Below, one piece after another: positions 1-9,559 of a DNA stretch of 64,000 nucleotides. Within the stretch, counting starts at the first letter, position 1, and every line of letters begins with the position of its first letter. The translations under genes and the position numbers were made by a program. The notes under the pieces were generated by a model. The model was not told the origin of the DNA and made no database searches. It saw only the letters and a list, made by a program, of their open reading frames with translations. The stretch is from Halarcobacter sp. (GTDB lineage Bacteria; Campylobacterota; Campylobacteria; Campylobacterales; Arcobacteraceae), in the NCBI GenBank assembly GCA_048571215.1, contig CP182352.1, positions 1,472,001 through 1,536,000 of the forward strand, in the 5' to 3' direction.

Positions 1-241
1 AACAAGTGACTAAACTGTCTGAAGCGTAAAGAAACGTGACTAACTCACGTTTTAGCAAGTTTTTAGGCACTCAAAAGGGATAAGTAATAAGCGAGGGTAG
101 TTTCACCTTCGAAACCTGAGGGATGATTTTTTTGCTACTTTTTTTTTCACAAAAAAAAGTCGAGAAAGTTAAGACGTACAGTAGAAATTTAACTACACTC
201 AAATATTTTGATAATAGTTTTAATTGTATACACCCCCTTGT

Positions 242-494
242 AGAGCAAAGCTCTCCGCTTTCTCACTTTTTAGTTGTAAAAAGTAAGACAAAAAGCAACC
301 AGACGCTTGTTGAAGCTAAAGTTCCCTCCAGCTTTCTAATTATTTTGTCTGTACCAGAATTTAGTCACTTCGTTCCAGCATCTGACCTGCGGAACGCCTT
401 CCTAAAAGGTACATTCAGTACCTTTTATCCACTTGAACGGTCCTCGGTCTTCTCCGAAAATAATTAGAAAACTTCCGGCTTCAACAAAGTCTGG
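242..494. repeat. Branched palindromic intergenic element (REP/MITE-like or structured RNA)
   Basis: Nested inverted repeats: 299-316/478-494, perfect 14-bp 333-346/457-470, 371-380/388-396, perfect 10-bp 403-412/418-427; AGAGCAAAGCTCT hairpin at 242-254. Confidence 0.6.
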
Positions 495-703
495 ACTAAA
501 TACCCTAGCCTCAAACTTTTAGAATGCTTTTTAAGTATTACACCAATTCGAATAAAATGGTATAAAAAATGTAAAGGTCCTTATCCTACCTTCCCGCATT
601 TGAGAAGCCAAGTGTTTATTTATTGTTTCGGAGAAGTTTTATAACTGTTTGAACATTAAAAACACAACTAACATATGTTTTTTCACAGAGAATGCAAATA
701 TAA

Positions 704-730
704 GTCTTACTTTTTTCAATAAAAAAGTGA
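704..730. repeat. ACTTTTT-N-AAAAAGT hairpin, inverted relative of 262-289; related copy at 138-160
   Basis: gtcttacttttttcaataaaaaagtga nearly matches the reverse complement of ctcactttttagttgtaaaaagtaagac. Confidence 0.55.
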
Positions 731-918
731 ATATTCCAAACTTATTTCTCATAACATTATAATTTACTTAAAAGATATATCTTTCTATAATATTTTTTAT
801 ACCAATATCTTATTTAAAAGCTTTATTGATTGTGCTATACAATCAGGCTATTTAAGTAATAAATTAATATAATCTATGTTTAATAAATAGTTAGTTCAAA
901 GAAAGGAACAGCAATACT

Positions 919-1536
919 ATGAATGATGTATATACACAACTAATTACAGTTTTTATGGGCTTTTTTGCCATTATGAACCCTATTGCTAATACAGCAGCAT
1001 TTTCAGGTTTAGTTGGTGATAAAAGTAAATTAGAACAAAGAAAAATTGCCACTAAGGCACTTATAATTACTTTTTTTATAATTCTAGCTTTCTCTATTCT
1101 TGGGAAAGCTATTTTTCACTTATTTGGGATTACTATAGATGCACTTAGGATAACTGGTGGAATTCTAGTATTTATTGTTGGGTATCATATGCTTAATGGG
1201 CATGGCTCTAAACTACATTCTGCAGAGGATGAGTACGAATCTGATTTAGCAGTATCACCTTTAGCTGTTCCACTTCTTGCTGGTCCTGGGACTATTGCAA
1301 CAGCAATGAATTACTCTGCATCTGGTGGGATGGTTGGAATACTAACTACCGTATCTGTATTTGCAGTTTTATGCTTTATAACATTTTTTTGTTTTATTTA
1401 TAGTTCAAATATTTTGTCAGTTATAGGTAAAAGTGGACTTAGTATAGTTACTCGACTGATGGGATTAATTCTTGCTGTTATCGGTACACAAATGATTATT
1501 GTTGGGATAATGACTCTCATCAATAAAATAAGTTAA
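919..1536 (+). CDS. MarC/NAAT family integral membrane protein
   Basis: FAIMNP and PLAVPLLAGPG motifs, RLMGLIL near the C-terminus, about 6 TM segments; AAGGA RBS. Confidence 0.9.
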   Translation: MNDVYTQLITVFMGFFAIMNPIANTAAFSGLVGDKSKLEQRKIATKALIITFFIILAFSILGKAIFHLFGITIDALRITGGILVFIVGYHMLNGHGSKLHSAEDEYESDLAVSPLAVPLLAGPGTIATAMNYSASGGMVGILTTVSVFAVLCFITFFCFIYSSNILSVIGKSGLSIVTRLMGLILAVIGTQMIIVGIMTLINKIS

Positions 1537-1581
1537 CAAGGTGCTGCACGAAAACCAATTATCGTGATCACGACGTTATGC
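1531..1581 (+). mobile_element. attC-like integron recombination site (short, 51 bp)
   Basis: AGTTAAC-5nt-GCTGCACG...CGTGATC-5nt-GTTATGC. The left core overlaps the MarC stop codon, the L boxes pair with one extra-helical G and one mismatch, and the RBS of the next gene follows directly. Confidence 0.55.
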
Positions 1582-1594
1582 TACAAGGAAAAAA

Positions 1595-2215
1595 TTGAAA
1601 TATCTGTTAGTTTTTATAATCATAATTTTTCTAGTATTATTTTTAAGTAGTGCAGTATTACTTGATACACCTTGGTTTTCTGATAATTTATTAAAATTTA
1701 GAAGTGAAAATAATTTTCCTATTTTTATTGTATTACAAAATATAAAATTCTTTACTTTTTTATTTTTAACAACTATTGTTATATCATATATCCATTATTC
1801 TAGAAAGGTATATGGAAATAGTATTAGAAAAAATGTGATGTTTTATATGGGTATATTTTTTGGAATCAGTATTGTTTTAAATTTGTTGCAAACTTATTAT
1901 TCAATAGTTTCGTCAGAAGAAATATTGAAAGAAATAAGATATTCATCAAATTCATATTTAAAAGGTAAATTAACAATTTCAGACGCAAGGGAAATATATG
2001 CCAAGAATAATATTTTAATTGACTATTATGATTATAATAATACAATTCAAAAATTTAAACCAACTAAACAAGATATAGAATATCAAGAAACTGTACAGTG
2101 GCTTCTATTTAAAAAGAATATAATACCACTAAAAGTAGTATTCTCATTTTTTATATTTATTACTATATTTAGTTTTGGGAATTATATTGCTAATAAAAAG
2201 AATGACAAATCTTAG
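1595..2215 (+). CDS. Hypothetical membrane protein (about 4 TM), cassette-like
   Basis: TTG start after AAGGA RBS, hydrophobic segments, very AT-rich, no recognisable family. Confidence 0.65.
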   Translation: MKYLLVFIIIIFLVLFLSSAVLLDTPWFSDNLLKFRSENNFPIFIVLQNIKFFTFLFLTTIVISYIHYSRKVYGNSIRKNVMFYMGIFFGISIVLNLLQTYYSIVSSEEILKEIRYSSNSYLKGKLTISDAREIYAKNNILIDYYDYNNTIQKFKPTKQDIEYQETVQWLLFKKNIIPLKVVFSFFIFITIFSFGNYIANKKNDKS

Positions 2216-2279
2216 AAGTGAACGTTACCCACCTTCAAAAAAAGAAGATGGGCTTCATTTATTTCAAAAACCGTTTCAA
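2200..2279 (+). mobile_element. Degenerate attC-like site or terminator hairpin
   Basis: GAATGAC...CCCACCTTC/GAAGATGGG stem...CCGTTTC. GAATGAC matches the reverse complement of GTTATGC (1575) at 5/7 positions. Confidence 0.35.
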
Positions 2280-2283
2280 AAAA

Positions 2284-4062
2284 CTATTTTTTCTTAATAG
2301 CCTTCGCATTAGGCAAGTCAGTAATACTTCCGTGGAATATCTCTGCACACATACCTACAGATTCATGTAGTGTTGGGTGTGCGTGAATTGTAAGTCCTAT
2401 ATCTTCTGCATCACAATCCATCTCTAGAGCTAGTGAGATTTCTCCTAGAAGTTCACCTGCATTGTCTCCTACTATAGCTCCACCTATTAGTTGGTGTGTA
2501 TCTTTATCAAAAATAAGTTTTGTCATACCAGAGCCTGCAACATCTGCTGCTAATGCACGTCCAGATGCACTCCATGGGAAAGATGAAACTTCGTAGTTGA
2601 TACCAGCTTCTTTAGCTTCTATTTCACTCATACCAGCAGTTGCAATTTCTGGGAAGGTATATGCGATACCTGGGATTTGTTTTGGTTCAAAGAATACTTT
2701 ATGTCCTGCTATAACCTCTGCTGCTACATGACCTTCATGTACAGCTTTGTGTGCTAACATAGGTCCACCTATGATATCACCTATTGCATAGATATTAGAA
2801 ACCTTTGTTTTCATTTGATTATCAACTTTGATAAAACCTTTATCATCAACTTCTACACCTGTATTTTCTAAACCTATTTTTAGTCCATTTGGTGATCTAC
2901 CCATAGCTACTAATACAGCATCATATGTTTTTGGTTCAGGGGCATTATCACCTTTGAACTCTACATAGATACCATCTTCTTTTGGGATGATTGCTTGTGT
3001 TTGAGTTTTAAACATAAAGTTAAATCTTTTTTCATTTGCTTTTGTATAAACTTTTACAATATCCTTATCAGTTCCTGTCATAACTTGAGGCCCTCTTATT
3101 ACAACATCAACTTCTGAACCTAACTTTTGGTAAACAGTACCCATCTCAAGTCCAATGATACCACCACCCATGATAAGCATTTTTTTAGGAACTTCTTTTA
3201 CCTCTAAGGCATTTGTAGAGTCCCAGATTCTTGGATCATCATGTGGGATAAATGACATTTTAGAGCTTTGAGATCCTGCTGCAATAATACAATTATCAAA
3301 TTTAACAACTGTTTTACCATCATCTTTTGTATGTTCAACTACAACTGAATTTTCATCAATAAAGCTTGCACTACCTTGTATAACAGTTACTTTTCTCATC
3401 TTAGCCATAGCTGTTAAACCATCAGTAAGTTTTTTTACAACTGCACTTTTATAAGCTGCTACTCCTGGTAAGTCAATCTCAGGTTTTGTAAATTTAATTC
3501 CAGCATGTTCTATATGTTCAGCTTCTTCAATCACTTTTGCAACATGAAGTAAGGCTTTTGATGGGATACATCCAACATTTAGACAAACACCACCTAAAGT
3601 ATCATGTCTTTCAACTAAAACTGTATCTAAACCCAAATCAGCACATCTAAAAGCAGCTGAATATCCACCAGGTCCAGCACCAATAACCAATACTTGACCT
3701 TTTACCTCTTTTGCTCCACTTACATCTGTTGGTGTAGCACTTTGTTTTTGCTCTTGTTTTGGTGTTGAATCTTTTGGTTTCTCTTCTGTTTTTTCTTCAG
3801 CAGGAGCAACTGAAGCTTCATCTTCAACTTCAACCTTAGCTATCAAATCACCAGAGTTTACCTTCTCCCCTACTTTTACAAGTATCTCTTTAATCACACC
3901 ACTGTGAGTTGAAGGTACATCCATAGAGGCTTTTTCAGTCTCTAAGGTAATAAGCCCTTCCTCTTCCTCTACAGTGTCTCCAACGCTAACCATTACATCA
4001 ATTAAATCAACATCTTTATCTGCACCTAAATCAGGAATAAATATATCTACAACTTTACCCAT
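2284..4062 (-). CDS. lpdA: Dihydrolipoamide dehydrogenase (E3) with N-terminal lipoyl domain
   Basis: GAGPGG FAD motif, CLNVGC redox disulfide, HAHPTLHE motif; N-terminal ETEKASMDVP lipoyl-lysine motif. Confidence 0.96.
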   Translation of the reverse strand: MGKVVDIFIPDLGADKDVDLIDVMVSVGDTVEEEEGLITLETEKASMDVPSTHSGVIKEILVKVGEKVNSGDLIAKVEVEDEASVAPAEEKTEEKPKDSTPKQEQKQSATPTDVSGAKEVKGQVLVIGAGPGGYSAAFRCADLGLDTVLVERHDTLGGVCLNVGCIPSKALLHVAKVIEEAEHIEHAGIKFTKPEIDLPGVAAYKSAVVKKLTDGLTAMAKMRKVTVIQGSASFIDENSVVVEHTKDDGKTVVKFDNCIIAAGSQSSKMSFIPHDDPRIWDSTNALEVKEVPKKMLIMGGGIIGLEMGTVYQKLGSEVDVVIRGPQVMTGTDKDIVKVYTKANEKRFNFMFKTQTQAIIPKEDGIYVEFKGDNAPEPKTYDAVLVAMGRSPNGLKIGLENTGVEVDDKGFIKVDNQMKTKVSNIYAIGDIIGGPMLAHKAVHEGHVAAEVIAGHKVFFEPKQIPGIAYTFPEIATAGMSEIEAKEAGINYEVSSFPWSASGRALAADVAGSGMTKLIFDKDTHQLIGGAIVGDNAGELLGEISLALEMDCDAEDIGLTIHAHPTLHESVGMCAEIFHGSITDLPNAKAIKKK

Positions 4063-4072
4063 ACCTTTCTCC

Positions 4073-5800
4073 TTACAGACTTAATAGTCTAATATCACTT
4101 AAAAGTTGTGATAATGTAGTTGTAAATCTAGCACCGTCAGCACCGTCAATAACTTTATGATCATAAGATAATGATAATGGCAATGTCAATCTTGGTACAA
4201 AGTTTTCTCCATTCCATACAGGTTTCATTTCAGATTTAGATAATCCTAAAATTGCAACTTCAGGAGCATTGATAATTGGAGTGAAATATGTTCCTCCAAT
4301 TCCACCTAAACTTGAAATAGTAAAACAAGCACCTTGCATATCAGGAGCTTTTAGTTTACCTTCTCTTGCTTTTTGTGAAAGATCAGCTAACTCTAAAGCT
4401 ATATCTTTAAAACCTTTTTTATCTGCATCTTTTATAACTGGAACCACTAAACCATTTGGTGTATCAACTGCAACACCAATATGGAAATATTTTTTCATAA
4501 TTAATGATTGTCCATCAGGGCTTAATGAAGCGTTAAATTTAGGATGGATAGCAAGTGCTTTTGCAACTGCTTTTACCACAAATACTAGTGGAGAAAGTTT
4601 AAATCCATCTGCAATAGCATTTTGTGATTTTCTAAACTCTTCCATTTCAGTAATATCAGCTTCATCAAATTGTGTTACGTGAGGCATTGATACCCAGTTT
4701 CTATGTAATGATGGTCCAGAGATTTTTTGAATTCTACTTAATTCAACCTCTTCAATCTCACCAAATTGTGAGAAATCTATCTCTTTAAGTTCAGGGAAAG
4801 CAAAACCTAGACCAGTTCCACCAGCTGCAACTGCAGGTTTGTTTAACTGTTCTTTTACATAAGCTTTAATATCATCTTTAAGGATTCTACCTTTTCTACC
4901 GCTTCCTTTTACAAAACCTAAATCTACTCCAAATTCACGTGCAAGTCTTCTTACACTTGGACTTGCATAGATTTTTTTAGATTTTTCTGCAAGTACAGTT
5001 GTACTTTCTGTTGTAACATTTGCAGCTGCCGCTTGGACAGTTTTAGGTGCTTTTTCCTCTTTTTTCTCTTCAACTGGTGCAGTTTTTGCTGGAGTTGGAA
5101 CTTTATTTTCCATAACAACAGTTTTAACCATTTTTGCAATCAAGTCACCACTATTTACCTTTGTTCCAGCTTCAACAAATAGTTCTAAAATTTCACCTGC
5201 AAATGGTGCTGGTACATCCATAGATGCTTTTTCTGTTTCAAGAGTGATTAAGCCCTCATCAAACTCAACTGTATCACCAACTGATACCATAACATCTATC
5301 AAATCTACATCTTTATCAGCACCTAAATCTGGAACAAACACCTCTTCAATTACTGAACAAATTGTTTGTTCATTTACAAATTGACAAGAGATTTCAGCAT
5401 TTGATGCTGAAGCAGCTTGAAGTTCTGCTTCTGCTTCTTTTAAGCCCATAGATGATGAAGTATCAGTTGATGGTTCAGCTTTAGAAACTTGTTCTTCAGA
5501 TTTTTCTTCTTTCTTATCTTCAGTTTCTTCTTTTGCTTCCTCTTTTAATGAACTATCATCTTCCACTTCAATTCTTGCAATTAAATCACCCGAATTTACC
5601 TTGTCCCCTACTTTTACTAAAATCTCTTTTACAACACCTGCATGGGTAGTTGGAACATCCATTGACGCTTTTTCTGTTTCTAAAGTAATTAGTCCATCTT
5701 CAACTTCAACAGTATCTCCAACACTAACCATAACATCTATTAAATCAACATCAGTATCGGCTCCTAAATCTGGAATAAAAATATCTTGAATTGTACTCAT
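4073..5800 (-). CDS. aceF: Pyruvate dehydrogenase E2, dihydrolipoamide acetyltransferase (two lipoyl domains)
   Basis: Two EKASMDVP motifs, ASPSVRRLAR subunit-binding domain, DHKVIDGADG catalytic motif. Confidence 0.95.
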   Translation of the reverse strand: MSTIQDIFIPDLGADTDVDLIDVMVSVGDTVEVEDGLITLETEKASMDVPTTHAGVVKEILVKVGDKVNSGDLIARIEVEDDSSLKEEAKEETEDKKEEKSEEQVSKAEPSTDTSSSMGLKEAEAELQAASASNAEISCQFVNEQTICSVIEEVFVPDLGADKDVDLIDVMVSVGDTVEFDEGLITLETEKASMDVPAPFAGEILELFVEAGTKVNSGDLIAKMVKTVVMENKVPTPAKTAPVEEKKEEKAPKTVQAAAANVTTESTTVLAEKSKKIYASPSVRRLAREFGVDLGFVKGSGRKGRILKDDIKAYVKEQLNKPAVAAGGTGLGFAFPELKEIDFSQFGEIEEVELSRIQKISGPSLHRNWVSMPHVTQFDEADITEMEEFRKSQNAIADGFKLSPLVFVVKAVAKALAIHPKFNASLSPDGQSLIMKKYFHIGVAVDTPNGLVVPVIKDADKKGFKDIALELADLSQKAREGKLKAPDMQGACFTISSLGGIGGTYFTPIINAPEVAILGLSKSEMKPVWNGENFVPRLTLPLSLSYDHKVIDGADGARFTTTLSQLLSDIRLLSL

Positions 5801-5810
5801 CTTTTACTCC

Positions 5811-8483
5811 TTAGGCTTTTAGTGGATTGATTTTTGTTGAATCAATATGATGTTTTTCCATAGCTTCAGCTAAAACTTTTTTATCTAATTTACCTTTTTT
5901 AACCAATTGTGATAAAGTTGTAAATACAATAAAGTCTGAATCAACTTCAAAGAAAGATCTTAAGTTTGCTCTTGAATCAGATCTACCAAAACCATCAGTA
6001 CCAAGTGCTTTAAATGAACCTTTTATGAAAGGTGCAATTTGCTCAGAGTAAGTTTTAATATAATCTGTTGCAGATACTATAATATTCTCTTCATCACTTC
6101 CTAATACTTGATCAACATAAGGTGTTTTATCTTCTAAATCGATATGTAAAAGATTATTTCTTTCAACATCTTGTGCTTCTCTTGCTAACTCATTATATGA
6201 AGTTACTGAATAAACTTCTGAAGATATTCCATAATCTTCTGCTAAAATTGAAGCTGCTTTTCTAACTTGTTCTAAGATTGAACCAGAACCAAGTAATTTA
6301 ACTTTATGATTCTCTTTTGCTTCAAGTGTATCTAATTTGTAAATACCTTTTATAATTCCTTCAACAGCACCTTCTGGCATTGCAGGTTGTTTGTAGTTTT
6401 CATTTAATGTAGTGATATAATAAAATACATTTTCTTGATTTTCACCATACATTCTTTCAATACCATTTTGAACTATAACTGCAACTTCATAACCATATGT
6501 TGGGTCATAAGTAACGCAGTTTGGAATTGTATTTGCTATAACATGTGAATGTCCATCTTCATGTTGTAAACCTTCACCATTAAGTGTAGTTCTACCAGAA
6601 GTACCACCAACTAGGAAACCTCTTGCCATTTGGTCACCTGCTGCCCAACACATATCACCTGTTCTTTGGAATCCAAACATTGAATAAAATACATAGAAAG
6701 GAATCATTGGACAATCATTGATTGAGTAAGAAGTTGCAGCTGCAACCCAAGAACCCATAGCACCAAGTTCATTAATACCCTCTTGTAAAACTTGTCCTTT
6801 TTTATCCTCTTTATAATATGCTACTTGGTCTCTATCTTGAGGAATATATTTTTGCCCCTCTGATGAGTAGATACCAACTTGTCTAAACATACCCTCCATA
6901 CCAAATGTTCTTGCTTCATCAGGAACAATTGGAACAATTCTTTTTCCAATTTTTTTATCTTTTACTAAAACATTTAAAACTCTTACAAATGCCATTGTTG
7001 TAGAAATCTCTCTATCTCCACTACCATTTGTTACTGCATCAAAAGCGCTTAATGCTGGTATCTCTAATTTTTCACTAAATTTTTGTCTTCTTTGAGGAAC
7101 AGAACCACCTAAATCAGCTCTTCTTTCCATCATATATTTGTACTCTTCAGAATCTTCTGCTGGTCTATAATAAGGGAATTTTTCAATATCTTCATCAGAA
7201 ATTGGGATACTAAATCTATCTCTAAATTGTCTAAGTGAAGCTAAATCAACTTTTTTAACACCATGAGCGATATTCATACCTTCAGCAGCTGCACCCATTC
7301 CATAACCTTTAACAGTCTTAGCTAAAATAACTGTTGGTTTATCTTTAGTCTCTTTTGCTTTTTTAAATGCAGAATAAACTTTTATAGGATCATGTCCACC
7401 TCTATTTAATCTCCAAATATCATCATCACTCATATTTTCAACTAATTTTGCAGTTTCTGGATACTTATTAAAGAAGTTTTCTCTTGTATAAGCTCCACCT
7501 TTTTGTTTAAAGTTTTGATATTCACCATCAACTGTTTCTTCCATTAGTTGAAGTAGTTTTCCTGATTTATCTTTTCTTAATAACTCATCCCATAATCTTC
7601 CCCAAATAACCTTTGTAACTTCCCAACCGTTACCTCTAAAGTTACCTTCAAGTTCTTGGATAATTTTTCCATTACCTCTAACTGGTCCATCTAGTCTTTG
7701 TAGGTTACAGTTGATAACAAATACTAAATTATCTAAACCTTCTCGTCCTGCTAGTCCTATTGCTCCTAAAGATTCTGGCTCATCACACTCACCATCTCCC
7801 ATAAAACAATAAACTGTTTGATTGCTACAATCTTTAATTCCTCTATCTGTTAAATATTTTAAAAATCTTGCTTGATAAATTGCTTGTATTGGTCCAAGTC
7901 CCATAGATACTGTTGGGAATTGCCAATAATCAGGCATAAGTTTTGGGTGTGGATAAGATGACAATCCATTCCCTTTTGATTCTTGTCTAAAGTTATCCAT
8001 TTGATCTTCTGATATTCTACCTTCAACAAAACTTCTAGCGTAGATACCAGGAGAGATATGTCCTTGGAAAAATACTAAATCTCCCCCATCTTTATCATTT
8101 GGAGCTTTAAAGAAGTGATTAAAACCTACATCATATAAAGTTGCTGATGATTGAAATGATGAGATATGTCCACCAAGTTCTAGACCTTTTTTAGATGCTC
8201 TTTGCACCATAATTTGAGCATTCCATCTAACTATAGATTTAATTCTTCTTTCGATATCTCTATTACCTGGCATTGCAGGTTGTTGTTCTACTGGAATTGT
8301 ATTTACATAAGCAGTAGTTGCATTATAAGGTAAGTATGCACCGTTTCTTCTTGCTTTATCAATTAACTTCTCTAACAAATAGTGAGCTCTTTGCGCTCCC
8401 TCTTCTTCTATAACAGCTTCTAAAGCCTCCATCCACTCTTGAGTTTCTGCTGGGTCAATATCATTTAAGTTTAAATGAGACAT
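5811..8483 (-). CDS. aceE: Pyruvate dehydrogenase E1, homodimeric type
   Basis: DIDPAETQEW N-terminus, GDGECDE TPP-binding motif, GEGLQHEDG; 890 aa. Confidence 0.97.
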   Translation of the reverse strand: MSHLNLNDIDPAETQEWMEALEAVIEEEGAQRAHYLLEKLIDKARRNGAYLPYNATTAYVNTIPVEQQPAMPGNRDIERRIKSIVRWNAQIMVQRASKKGLELGGHISSFQSSATLYDVGFNHFFKAPNDKDGGDLVFFQGHISPGIYARSFVEGRISEDQMDNFRQESKGNGLSSYPHPKLMPDYWQFPTVSMGLGPIQAIYQARFLKYLTDRGIKDCSNQTVYCFMGDGECDEPESLGAIGLAGREGLDNLVFVINCNLQRLDGPVRGNGKIIQELEGNFRGNGWEVTKVIWGRLWDELLRKDKSGKLLQLMEETVDGEYQNFKQKGGAYTRENFFNKYPETAKLVENMSDDDIWRLNRGGHDPIKVYSAFKKAKETKDKPTVILAKTVKGYGMGAAAEGMNIAHGVKKVDLASLRQFRDRFSIPISDEDIEKFPYYRPAEDSEEYKYMMERRADLGGSVPQRRQKFSEKLEIPALSAFDAVTNGSGDREISTTMAFVRVLNVLVKDKKIGKRIVPIVPDEARTFGMEGMFRQVGIYSSEGQKYIPQDRDQVAYYKEDKKGQVLQEGINELGAMGSWVAAATSYSINDCPMIPFYVFYSMFGFQRTGDMCWAAGDQMARGFLVGGTSGRTTLNGEGLQHEDGHSHVIANTIPNCVTYDPTYGYEVAVIVQNGIERMYGENQENVFYYITTLNENYKQPAMPEGAVEGIIKGIYKLDTLEAKENHKVKLLGSGSILEQVRKAASILAEDYGISSEVYSVTSYNELAREAQDVERNNLLHIDLEDKTPYVDQVLGSDEENIIVSATDYIKTYSEQIAPFIKGSFKALGTDGFGRSDSRANLRSFFEVDSDFIVFTTLSQLVKKGKLDKKVLAEAMEKHHIDSTKINPLKA

Positions 8484-8818
8484 TTATTATTCCTTGTAAA
8501 TATTTTTATCATTTTTACTAATTTGAAAGCCCTATTTAAAGGAGCATATGTCAATTATGTAAAAATTATGTAGCTATCCGAACGACTCTATCGAATTCTG
8601 GGCATATGATACTTTAAATCAATTTAAAATATTTTAAATTAAAAAATTAATTTTTTAACTTAAGCTTATTGTTTTAAAAATCATTTATAATGCACAAATA
8701 TAATCAAAAACTTCAACTTTTTAAGTTTTTTATAAGATTAATAGTAACATATTAAGATGAATTTATTATGATATTTTTATGTTAGTTTTAGTATTTATTT
8801 AAATTATCAGGGAGTAAA

Positions 8819-9559
8819 ATGTTAGAGTCAAAAAGTATCTTTAGAGTTATAATTACAACAAAAAAATCTGCAAAAGAAAATATGGCTATTGATGAAGCTT
8901 TATTAACATCTTTTGAAGAAGATGATTTGCCTATATTAAGACTCTATACATGGGAAGATTCCTTCACTATTGGGATTTCTCAAAATTTTGACAATTATGA
9001 TTTTACAAAAGAGTTTAATGGAAATTATGCAAAAAGAGTGACAGGTGGTGGTGTACTTTTTCATGGTCATGATTTATCATATTCACTTATAATTCCAACA
9101 AAAATTTTAAAAGACTTAAGTATTAAACAAAGCTATGAAAAGATATGTACTTTTATACTAAATTTTTATAAAAACTTAGGGTTAAATTGTACTTATGCAA
9201 AAGATGATGAGTCGATTAAGTTATCTAAAAATGAATATTGCCAAGTTGGTTTTGAAGCGTATGACATTTTGGCAAATTGTACAAAAATTGGTGGCAATGC
9301 TCAAAGAAGAACAAAAAAAGCAGTATTTCAGCATGGTTCAATTCCTGTGAAATGTACAAAAATTGAAAAACTTAAATCAGAGGTTGGTTCAAGTTTGGAA
9401 GATTTGGATATTTTTATAACTTTTGAAGAAGCAACACAAAAGCTAATTGAATCTTTTGAAAAAACTTTTAATGTTGAAGTAAAAAACTCCTCTTTAAGTA
9501 AAAAAGAGGAAGAAAAAATGAATTTATTATTAAAGGACAAATATGACTATGTCAACTAA
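8819..9559 (+). CDS. Lipoate-protein ligase / octanoyltransferase family protein (catalytic domain only)
   Basis: NMAIDEALL, RLYTW, RVTGGGVLFH, KIGGNAQ, QHGSI motifs; adjacent to lipA. Confidence 0.88.
   Translation: MLESKSIFRVIITTKKSAKENMAIDEALLTSFEEDDLPILRLYTWEDSFTIGISQNFDNYDFTKEFNGNYAKRVTGGGVLFHGHDLSYSLIIPTKILKDLSIKQSYEKICTFILNFYKNLGLNCTYAKDDESIKLSKNEYCQVGFEAYDILANCTKIGGNAQRRTKKAVFQHGSIPVKCTKIEKLKSEVGSSLEDLDIFITFEEATQKLIESFEKTFNVEVKNSSLSKKEEEKMNLLLKDKYDYVN

Noticed and set aside
123..467. 114-aa ORF in the track
   Set aside because: Runs through the palindromic element cluster and homopolymer runs; no recognisable protein features.
3840..5790. Three ~200-bp similar DNA segments
   Set aside because: Explained by the three lipoyl domains of aceF and lpdA.
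8540..8615. Riboswitch in the aceE leader (CATATG-flanked, slightly GC-rich segment)
   Set aside because: Only a weak possible stem; no TPP or other known riboswitch consensus recognised.
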